DNA of 64,000 nt from a virus. The translations under genes were made by a program, and so were the position numbers. Where the stretch lies: positions 96,001-160,000 of the IMG/VR virus record IMGVR_UViG_3300044846_004119. One strand, given 5' to 3'. Positions 56,103-63,958 of the stretch are shown here, piece after piece. How positions within the stretch are numbered: the first letter of the stretch is position 1; every line of letters starts with the position of its first letter. The notes below the pieces were generated by a model. That model made no database searches and had not been told where the DNA came from. It was given only the letters and a program-made list of their open reading frames with translations.

Positions 56103-56480
56103 ATGATTGAAGAAATTAAAATTGAGAAAGATAAAACTCCAAAAACAACTCCTAACAAACCTATTTTAGATGTTGACCATAAAAATGGTAAAAAAAAATA
56201 TTATAAACCTAAAAAGAAAAGAGAAATTTTAAATATTGAAATTGGTAAAATTGGGTTTGATAATTTTCATAAAGTAGTTCATACAGAAAAACCATATTTA
56301 GAATACAAAAAACTAATAACAAATAAAAATGTTGGTAGCGACTTTATTGATAATAGTAAAAAATTTAGTTTTATCAAATCAGGAATTAGAATTGTTGCTT
56401 GTATTTGTGGATTATTCGGTGAATTTGAGTTGGCGTTTATTTTATTAGGTGTTGCGGAGATTTTTGACGTTTACAAATAA
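56103..56480 (+). CDS. Hypothetical protein with C-terminal hydrophobic hairpin
   Basis: SFIKSGIRIVACI...ILLGVAEIF. Confidence 0.55.
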   Translation: MIEEIKIEKDKTPKTTPNKPILDVDHKNGKKKYYKPKKKREILNIEIGKIGFDNFHKVVHTEKPYLEYKKLITNKNVGSDFIDNSKKFSFIKSGIRIVACICGLFGEFELAFILLGVAEIFDVYK

Positions 56481-56520
56481 TTAGTTTAAAAAAGTCAAAT
56501 TAATTTTGTATCTTTGTACT

Positions 56521-56802
56521 ATGGATAAAGAACTAGTATATTTGATTACATGGTTAGTAACGTGGAGCGACTTCAAATCAAAAGAGGTTGTTCGGATTAT
56601 TTTTACTAATGAAAAAGAATTACGCAATGTACCAACAATTAAATTAGAAACAACAAAAACTGTTGAGTTTAAAGGTTCTGTTAAGTCTAAAAAAGAAGAA
56701 CTTCAAGAGGCATTATCCGTTTTAAAATCCAAAAAGAATAAAACGGTTAAAGATAAAAATTCTATTGGTGTTCTTGAATCGGTCCTGAATAATTATCGTT
56801 AA
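56521..56802 (+). CDS. Hypothetical protein, probably leaderless
   Basis: ATG 4 nt after TATCTTTG (56509-16), track start 56506. Confidence 0.55.
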   Translation: MDKELVYLITWLVTWSDFKSKEVVRIIFTNEKELRNVPTIKLETTKTVEFKGSVKSKKEELQEALSVLKSKKNKTVKDKNSIGVLESVLNNYR

Positions 56803-56884
56803 CAATAACCCCATTTATAAGGTTGGGTTTATTATTTAATTGTTAATTGTTTATAATCTTAAATTTTTAACCTATTTATGAAAT

Positions 56885-57607
56885 ATGGATTTAAATAAAT
56901 ATATTACCATCGTAATACCTTGTAAAAACGAAAAAGACATTATATTAAAAACATTGGACCTGTTAAATTATCAGTCAGATATATATAATGTGAAAGTTAT
57001 TGTGTGTGATAAATCAAACGATAATATAACAAACCAATCATTAATTAATAGGATGGGGAATAAATCAAATAATGATGTGTTTGATTTATATGTGATAGAC
57101 GGTGGATTACCTGCTAAGGCAAGAAATAACGGGTTTAAATTAGTTACAACACCATACGTTTTATTTATTGATGCTGACGTATTTTTGTTGGATTCAAAAA
57201 CAATCAAGAGAGCTTTTTTAAAAATATATAAAAATAATTTAGATTTAGTGACCACCAAATTTAGAAGCGACAACGGTAAATACAATTACATTTATAAAAC
57301 ATTTGATTTTTTACAAATAATTTCAAAATGGTCAACACCATTTTGTTTGGGTGGATTTATGATGATAAAATCTAAAACATTTACTGATTTGGGTGGGTTT
57401 GATGAAGAAATAAAAATTGCTGAGGATTATCAATTTTCAAAACAAATTAAACCAAGAAAGTTTGGTAGAATAAATAATGTTGTTTTTACCCCTCCAAGAA
57501 GATTTGAAAATAAAGGAATTTTATATATGACCAAACTATTTTTAGGTTCATTTTTTAACAACAACAATAAACCATACTTTACAAAAGACAATGACTATTG
57601 GACATGA
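56885..57607 (+). CDS. Family 2 glycosyltransferase
   Basis: IVIPCKNE, VIVCD, ARNNG, LFIDAD, GGF...GGFDE...ED. Confidence 0.85.
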   Translation: MDLNKYITIVIPCKNEKDIILKTLDLLNYQSDIYNVKVIVCDKSNDNITNQSLINRMGNKSNNDVFDLYVIDGGLPAKARNNGFKLVTTPYVLFIDADVFLLDSKTIKRAFLKIYKNNLDLVTTKFRSDNGKYNYIYKTFDFLQIISKWSTPFCLGGFMMIKSKTFTDLGGFDEEIKIAEDYQFSKQIKPRKFGRINNVVFTPPRRFENKGILYMTKLFLGSFFNNNNKPYFTKDNDYWT

Positions 57608-58317
57608 AAACATGGAGAACAATAATAATGAGTGATTTACATCTTGGTGCAAGACAATCACAAACAGACAATATTATTAAATTCTTGGAAGAGAATGAGT
57701 CTTTAATATTAATTTTAAATGGTGATATCATTGATGGATGGGCACTTAAAAGTGGGGGGAAATGGAAAAAAGAATGTTCCAAGATATTCCGAAGATTTAT
57801 GAAAAGAAGTGAGACAGGAACAAAAGTGGTTTATATCAGAGGCAATCATGACGATTTCTTAAAACCATTCGTACCTTTCTTTATGAATAACATTCAAATC
57901 GTTAGGAAGTATATACACATTGGAGTTGATGGTAGAAAGTATTATTGTTTTCATGGTGATGTTCTTGACTTTGTTATTATGAAAGTAAGATGGTTGGCAG
58001 TACTTGGAGGGATATCTTATGACTTAGTAATCAAATTGAATACGTTATATAATTTGATTAGGAGAAAGTTTAATCTACCTTATTATTCATTGGCGAATCA
58101 TATCAAACAAAGTGTAAAGGGGGCAATTAATTTTGTGTCTGACTTTGAAGAAAACGCCAAAAGATTAACAAAAAGTAAAGATTGTGATGTTGCAGTATGT
58201 GGACATATCCACCAACCAAAATTAACTGAAGACTATATGAATTCAGGTGATTTTTGTGAGAATTCAACTTGTTTAGTTGAAGACTTTAACGGTAATTGGA
58301 AAATACTAACATATTAA
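57598..58317 (+). CDS. LpxH-like metallophosphoesterase (UDP-2,3-diacylglucosamine hydrolase family)
   Basis: SDLHLG, LNGDIID, RGNHD, FHGD, CGHIH, NSGD. Confidence 0.75.
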   Translation: MDMKTWRTIIMSDLHLGARQSQTDNIIKFLEENESLILILNGDIIDGWALKSGGKWKKECSKIFRRFMKRSETGTKVVYIRGNHDDFLKPFVPFFMNNIQIVRKYIHIGVDGRKYYCFHGDVLDFVIMKVRWLAVLGGISYDLVIKLNTLYNLIRRKFNLPYYSLANHIKQSVKGAINFVSDFEENAKRLTKSKDCDVAVCGHIHQPKLTEDYMNSGDFCENSTCLVEDFNGNWKILTY

Positions 58318-58329
58318 GTATTTATTAAT

Positions 58330-59043
58330 ATGAGTAATTCAAAATCAAATAATCAATTAATTAATTTATTTTATTCAAAATATCTTAAAAAAATTAACGA
58401 CATTAAAGGTTTAGTTTTTGACTCATCAATTAATGGTGATAATATTATAATCAATATTAGTAACCCAAATGATTTATCTTATAGTCCCGACGCTGTTGTT
58501 GGTTATTTTGAAGAAGTTGTTCATGACTTTAGTAAATTTATAAATGGTGCGGAAACTGGTGGTAATCGTCTCTATAAAAATATTTCTGATAGTTTAATTA
58601 TTTCCATAGATGGTGAATACGCTAAAAACATGAATATTGTTTATGATAAAAAATTTTACTTAAATAAACAAGATTTACGTAATGTTGAACATATATGTGA
58701 CATGATTCGTGTATATAAAATTGATGAGTTTTGGTCCAAATGTAAAGTTACTTTTGAGAAAGCTTACGTTGAAAGTGGTGACGATATCGCACTTATTGAA
58801 CTAAACGTTGTCTTATTGACACCTGAATGGGAAGGGCAACCTCTTAGAAATATGGGCATTTTAAGTGATAAAATTTCTGAAATGTCAGAAAATGAAAACT
58901 TCATTGACTATGAATACGAGTTCGCAAGTTCAGTTACAAGTTTTTTTTGGAATAACCCATTAATGGTTGATAAGGATTATATGGGGACACAACCTGTACT
59001 TAATTTTTATACTCCAGAAGGAAAATTTATAAATTATTGGTAA
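58330..59043 (+). CDS. Hypothetical protein
   Basis: 237-aa ORF, TATTTAT 4 nt before the ATG. Confidence 0.65.
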   Translation: MSNSKSNNQLINLFYSKYLKKINDIKGLVFDSSINGDNIIINISNPNDLSYSPDAVVGYFEEVVHDFSKFINGAETGGNRLYKNISDSLIISIDGEYAKNMNIVYDKKFYLNKQDLRNVEHICDMIRVYKIDEFWSKCKVTFEKAYVESGDDIALIELNVVLLTPEWEGQPLRNMGILSDKISEMSENENFIDYEYEFASSVTSFFWNNPLMVDKDYMGTQPVLNFYTPEGKFINYW

Positions 59044-59063
59044 AAAAAAGGAATTATTCCCTT

Positions 59064-59351
59064 TTAGTTTAATTCTCCCCAAAGAACCTTATATTGTAAA
59101 GTGTCGACATGGTCAACTTTAACCGAGTCAATCACTCGGTAAATGTTGTAACGATATTCATACTGTAATGTTTGAGTTTGACCATTCTTGTAATTCACAA
59201 AGTATGTGTTGTACAAGTTAGTGTCAACCTCAACTACACTAACACTCGTTTGAGTATTTTTATCCGTTGACAGTGGCTTGAACCCTTTGCAAGAAGTTAA
59301 CACTAAAAAAGATGCGATAACGCCGAATACTATTAAAACTATTTTTTTCAT
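59064..59351 (-). CDS. Lipoprotein
   Basis: Signal peptide with lipobox LTSC. Confidence 0.65.
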   Translation of the reverse strand: MKKIVLIVFGVIASFLVLTSCKGFKPLSTDKNTQTSVSVVEVDTNLYNTYFVNYKNGQTQTLQYEYRYNIYRVIDSVKVDHVDTLQYKVLWGELN

Positions 59352-59425
59352 ATCTTTAATTATTTATATTGCTAAGATACGCATTTATTCTTAAACTACA
59401 AACTATTTATTAAAAAAATTTAATC

Positions 59426-60550
59426 ATGAGCTATAAAAGATTCTTAATAAACGAATTAGAAAAGAAAGACATATTAAAACAATATGACTTATTAGTTGAA
59501 GTTGCAACAGTTGACCCTGAACCAGTGTCTACCCTAACTATAGATAAAAATGTTCAATTTCGTGGAGGTTATTGGAGTGAAACCTATTTACCAGAAACTT
59601 TAGGCCCCGAGATTGAAAAAGTTAAAAAATATTTAAGTAGTGGGGCTGGTAAAATATATTTAGTTAGTGTTACTATTGAATCAGGTGAATCTCAATTACC
59701 AAATGTTGACAATGAAAATGGTGGTAAGGCAGTTCCCCCACTTTATTTAGCGACAAAAAGAAATGAGTCAATTCAAAACTATATTACAACACAATTACAA
59801 TCATTTGTTGACCAAAAACTATTAATTAGTTTACCTAAGTTTCAAGTTGCTCAACCTAAAATAGGCGCGACACCATTCCTTGGTGCACCATTTTGTCCTC
59901 AAGGAATGACTGATGTACAACAAAGAAATGTATGTGTTAAAAAATATAGAGAGGGTAAAACCACTATATATAAAACTGATTATGCTGACAAATATTTAAC
60001 GGAACAATATGTTCGGGTAATTTTAAAGTTAGAAGAACTAACGGGCATGAAAAAGTGTTTAGATAATATGGTTATTGAAGTTAATTATACTGATTTATCT
60101 AAAAAACATGTATGTAATAGTGCTATTTACGAAATATCATTAAACGATGTTAAACTATTTAGAGATGATAAAAAACCATATGCAAGTTTAAATAACAATT
60201 ATAATAAGGCTAAAAACTATCCAGGGATTGATGTATACGATAACACTAAAGTTGTTGGTGGTAAAAGATTTAATAAATTTATAATAACACCTGAAATTGC
60301 TAGTCAGATATTAATTCAAACTATTGGTAAAAACGGAGCTGAAAAACCATCATTTATTTTAAAAGCGAAATGTCTTAACCCATTCAATAATACAGACTGG
60401 AATGGAGGATGTCATAAAGGTGTTGGTAATATTGTGGTTACGAATGGACAAAAAGAAGTTTTCAATTATATATCCGCAACTCCTAACGCTAAAGATGAGG
60501 TTAAAAATTTGGCGACATTCAATGCTTGTGGTAGTGGTAAAGCACAATAA
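59426..60550 (+). CDS. Tagged protein with degenerate OmpA-C-like domain
   Basis: FLINELEKKDIL leader, VTIESGES..PN...LATKRNESI.NYI...EQYVRV. Confidence 0.45.
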   Translation: MSYKRFLINELEKKDILKQYDLLVEVATVDPEPVSTLTIDKNVQFRGGYWSETYLPETLGPEIEKVKKYLSSGAGKIYLVSVTIESGESQLPNVDNENGGKAVPPLYLATKRNESIQNYITTQLQSFVDQKLLISLPKFQVAQPKIGATPFLGAPFCPQGMTDVQQRNVCVKKYREGKTTIYKTDYADKYLTEQYVRVILKLEELTGMKKCLDNMVIEVNYTDLSKKHVCNSAIYEISLNDVKLFRDDKKPYASLNNNYNKAKNYPGIDVYDNTKVVGGKRFNKFIITPEIASQILIQTIGKNGAEKPSFILKAKCLNPFNNTDWNGGCHKGVGNIVVTNGQKEVFNYISATPNAKDEVKNLATFNACGSGKAQ

Positions 60551-60552
60551 AA

Positions 60553-60969
60553 ATGACAGACGATTTAATTGCGTACCCAAGCTCATTTATGCCTAAATTG
60601 AATATTAACGTAATCTTCAAGGAGAACCCTAATTACCCACAAATGAAAGAATATTTTAATATGATGGGTTATGGTTTTCTTGCTCCCGAATTTAAAACAA
60701 TTTTCTTAGATGGTGAAAACTTTATTGGTGAAAACGCATTCACCTTTGACGATATGAAATTCGTTGAGGCTCATGAAGTGTCTCATCTTATATTAGGACA
60801 TAATGGTCCTCGTTCAGAAGAAGATGAGATTGAGGCCGACTTAGGTGCGTACATTCTACTAACTAAATATAATATGTCAACAGAACGATTGAAGGACGAG
60901 TTTGAACACAGACACGGAGTTCCTTTTTCTGAAGAATTATTGGATAAAGTAAATGATAGAATGTTATGA
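60553..60969 (+). CDS. HExxH zinc metallopeptidase-like protein
   Basis: AHEVSHLILGH...EIEAD. Confidence 0.7.
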   Translation: MTDDLIAYPSSFMPKLNINVIFKENPNYPQMKEYFNMMGYGFLAPEFKTIFLDGENFIGENAFTFDDMKFVEAHEVSHLILGHNGPRSEEDEIEADLGAYILLTKYNMSTERLKDEFEHRHGVPFSEELLDKVNDRML

Positions 60970-61433
60970 GAGTAATAGTAAATGAAGATGTATATAATAA
61001 TTTATCTCTGAAGTTTAGTAATGAGTTTAGAAGACGTATTCCCCTTCTTGATAAATTAATAAAGGTTTTATTACCTCAAATGTTTCCTTGTGACTTTGAT
61101 GACAAGGATGATTTTGTTAGAGGGGTTATGGATGAAATATCTTGGTTAGTAAGGAATGAAAAGTATGGATTAGATATGGTTGACGTTGGTGACATATCAG
61201 ATTATTTATTTTCAATTAAGAAAGGTTATTTAATCCAATACTATAAAGAACATTGTGAACCCTCTGAAAATGATATTAACGAAATGATTAAATTAGACAT
61301 TAAAGTTGGTGACATCCTAATGGGTGGTAAATTTAAAAACAAAAAAGTTGTTGTCAAAGATATTGGTAAAAACGAAAAAGGTGACATAACTATCAACGGA
61401 AAACCATTACTTAGATTTAGAATCCAAAAATAA
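60966..61433 (+). CDS. Tagged protein with C-terminal SH3/KOW-like module
   Basis: MRVIVNE leader, INE then LDIKVGDILMGGKFKNKKVVVK. Confidence 0.55.
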   Translation: MRVIVNEDVYNNLSLKFSNEFRRRIPLLDKLIKVLLPQMFPCDFDDKDDFVRGVMDEISWLVRNEKYGLDMVDVGDISDYLFSIKKGYLIQYYKEHCEPSENDINEMIKLDIKVGDILMGGKFKNKKVVVKDIGKNEKGDITINGKPLLRFRIQK

Positions 61434-61449
61434 TTATTATCTTTGACAT

Positions 61450-61530
61450 ATGGATAAATTAATTATTGCTCTCACATTATGGTTTTGTATTGTTTATTTC
61501 GGTAGAAGTAAGAAAAAGTACGAAGATTAA
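61450..61530 (+). CDS. 26-aa membrane peptide, probably leaderless
   Basis: MDKLIIALTLWFCIVYFGRSKKKYED, 4 nt after TATCTTTG (61438-45). Confidence 0.45.
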   Translation: MDKLIIALTLWFCIVYFGRSKKKYED

Positions 61531-61616
61531 CTTCAACTGAATATCTAATTCATTTTCCATCCAACAAAGATAAGAAAATAGTTGTTATAAACAAAATAAT
61601 ATTCTATCTTTGCTAT

Positions 61617-62237
61617 GTGGAAGGATACATTTATTTAGGACAGTACTATGACGTGTTAGGGAGAGAGTTGAATCTATCTGATAAGAAGATAGGATTTTCA
61701 ATCGACCCTGTCAGTAGAGAATATCAATTAAATAGGACAAAATCTCCCATAGGTTACTCGATTATCTCTGTTTTTAAGGTAGACAATATGAATAAGGTAG
61801 AAAAGATGTTACATGCAATCTTAGACAGTCGTAGAGTATTTGGTGAGTGGTTTAAAGATGATGAAGATACTTTAACAGGTGAGTTCATTAACTTCATGAT
61901 TGCTTACGGTGGAACAACATGCGATACCACAGAACTCAAACAAAGTCGTGAGACGGTAGAACTAACACCTGACAATAGATTAGTTGATGTTGCTAATAAT
62001 TTTGGCCAAGATAAAATGTTAATTAGAACTTATATGGGGATTGATTATGATGTATTACTTAACACCAAAGGTATGTTAGTTTTTAATGGTGAGCAGTTTG
62101 ACACCCCAAATAAATTATACAACAACGGTGTTGTCAAGTTTGTTAAAGGTAAGAAAGGTAACAGTGGGACTAATAACTTATCTCAATTTAAAATTAAAGA
62201 AACAGGTGAGCGATTAGTTGACACCGTAATAGAATGA
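61617..62237 (+). CDS. T5orf172/GIY-YIG-like protein with RAMA-like C-terminus
   Basis: GYIY...KIGFS..P..R...L...VEKMLH..L..RRV.GEWF, then G.QFDTPN. GTG start 4 nt after TATCTTTG (61605-12). Confidence 0.7.
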   Translation: MEGYIYLGQYYDVLGRELNLSDKKIGFSIDPVSREYQLNRTKSPIGYSIISVFKVDNMNKVEKMLHAILDSRRVFGEWFKDDEDTLTGEFINFMIAYGGTTCDTTELKQSRETVELTPDNRLVDVANNFGQDKMLIRTYMGIDYDVLLNTKGMLVFNGEQFDTPNKLYNNGVVKFVKGKKGNSGTNNLSQFKIKETGERLVDTVIE

Positions 62238-62268
62238 TATAAAAAATCTTATTTACAATTATTTTTCA

Positions 62269-63096
62269 CTAATCTTTGTCTTTACAGTGACGCGAAGTAT
62301 GAATCATTACGATTATGTTGATAGGTAAAAAACTTTTAATGTACGACGACAACGTTGTTTCATTCATAGAATAGGACATCAAAACCAATAAAATGTATTC
62401 ATCCAAATTGGTTTTAATACAGATTATATCACAAACGTCATCAGAGTTCTCAAAATAAGAAAGAGCAATATCCTCAATTAGTTTACCGTACTTACCTTGG
62501 TCAGGATTACTATCTCTGTTAAACTTTTTCATAGGTTTTTCTTCAGATTCTTTAACCGTATTTACATCTTCAGTATCAATTTCATAAGTTCCATCAACAC
62601 CTTTTTCCCACATACCAACAACGGTGCCTTCATTACCTTTCAAGTTTTTGTTTTTACTTTTACGATTAAATTTAGAATCAACACTATTAATAAATGGATA
62701 TAATAATGATTTTTCCCATTTTCTAATACCAAGTTCGATAGGTCCGTTATATTCACCAGCACTAATTAAAGTTGTATTTTCATTAAGATAAAGACCAACA
62801 TTGTATTCTTTAAGACCAATCCAAATAGATTTTGGTTTTAGGTTTGTTTTACTACGAATCCATTTAGCGACATTAATAGCAAATTCCTTATCTATTTTAA
62901 CAGGAACAAAACTTTTAACTTTATTGATGAAATCAAGACCAACATTAACAATACCATTTTCATAATGAAAAAGTTCCTCATTGTCATACTCAATTCTGTA
63001 TGTTGGGTTATACGAATATATTCTCGTAACAGACAACTCTGAGAAGAGACTATCTAATAATAAGAAAAACTGAGGACCATTAATGATTACGTTCAT
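62269..63096 (-). CDS. Multi-segment hypothetical protein
   Basis: 275-aa ORF, TATTTAT 5 nt before the ATG. Confidence 0.6.
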   Translation of the reverse strand: MNVIINGPQFFLLLDSLFSELSVTRIYSYNPTYRIEYDNEELFHYENGIVNVGLDFINKVKSFVPVKIDKEFAINVAKWIRSKTNLKPKSIWIGLKEYNVGLYLNENTTLISAGEYNGPIELGIRKWEKSLLYPFINSVDSKFNRKSKNKNLKGNEGTVVGMWEKGVDGTYEIDTEDVNTVKESEEKPMKKFNRDSNPDQGKYGKLIEDIALSYFENSDDVCDIICIKTNLDEYILLVLMSYSMNETTLSSYIKSFLPINIIVMIHTSRHCKDKD

Positions 63097-63139
63097 AAAC
63101 TATAAATATTAGTTATTACTAAATATACGGATTACTTAT

Positions 63140-63170
63140 TTTGGTAATGTTAATAATTTTTGTATATTTG
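63140..63170 (+). promoter_or_regulatory. Bacteroidota-type housekeeping promoter
   Basis: TTTG(63140-43), 19 nt, TATATTTG(63163-70). Confidence 0.6.
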
Positions 63171-63208
63171 TAATGTAGTCAGTTATTAATCTTTAAAAAA
63201 ATATAGTT

Positions 63209-63283
63209 ATGGAATTAAGTGTGGGTTTATTAGGTATTTGTATATTAATTTTAATTGCCGTGTGCGATTTAAATAAAAAATAA
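63209..63283 (+). CDS. 24-aa membrane peptide
   Basis: MELSVGLLGICILILIAVCDLNKK downstream of a host-type promoter. Confidence 0.4.
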   Translation: MELSVGLLGICILILIAVCDLNKK

Positions 63284-63349
63284 TTAAACTTATGGTCATT
63301 TTAAATATATTTATATTGTGTAAATAATTCATAAAAAAAAATAGAAAAA

Positions 63350-63958
63350 ATGACAATTACAGAACAAAGATTACAAGAATTAACCAACGTTGCTCCAACA
63401 GTATCAGTCAAAATGGATATGGAGTGGTTGAGTTCAACAACAAACACCGCAGACTTCCAAATTCGGTTAACAAACACTGGTACATCAGTAATTAAATTAA
63501 ACGCTTTGATTATTCGTGGTGTTCATTCACCAAAGATAACAACAGGAACTATAACATGGAAAGCATTAAATGACAATACTATTCCAGAATGGTTAGGATG
63601 GCCTAAAAAAGGAACAACCAACTTACCATATATCTCAGGACAAAGGAAATTAAATTTCTCTTCAGCAACAAATATCTTTACCAATGAAACATCTCCTATC
63701 ATACCAACGGGAACAGGAGTAGTAGTTGGAACTTTTAGAGTTTCAACAACAACAACATGGAACCCAAATAGTAACTTTGGTTTTGTATGGGAAATGACAA
63801 CAGGTGGAGTTGTTGGTTATGTAAATTTTGAAACACAGTCTTCAACTACATCACTACCAGTTGGTTTTATGCATTACGGACCAACAACAAATACAAATAT
63901 AGGTAAATGTTTAACAGTAACTGCCCCAAGTGTACAACTATTAAACCCAAAGTTATAA
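63350..63958 (+). CDS. Tagged beta-rich protein
   Basis: MTITEQRLQEL leader, Thr/Gly-rich strands, TATTTAT at 63308-14. Confidence 0.6.
   Translation: MTITEQRLQELTNVAPTVSVKMDMEWLSSTTNTADFQIRLTNTGTSVIKLNALIIRGVHSPKITTGTITWKALNDNTIPEWLGWPKKGTTNLPYISGQRKLNFSSATNIFTNETSPIIPTGTGVVVGTFRVSTTTTWNPNSNFGFVWEMTTGGVVGYVNFETQSSTTSLPVGFMHYGPTTNTNIGKCLTVTAPSVQLLNPKL

Noticed and set aside
5155-62703. Shadow ORFs inside confident genes (for example 5155-5415, 8422-8682, 11755-12234, 17253-17696, 19835-20248, 35578-35871, 36608-36835, 38535-38954, 44182-44496, 56971-57285, 62497-62703)
   Set aside because: They lie wholly or mostly antisense to or out of frame with better-supported genes and have no motifs or promoter signals.
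4195-63314. T4-type late promoter TATAAATA
   Set aside because: The string occurs in the opposite orientation to the genes it precedes, so it is treated as a distinct motif.
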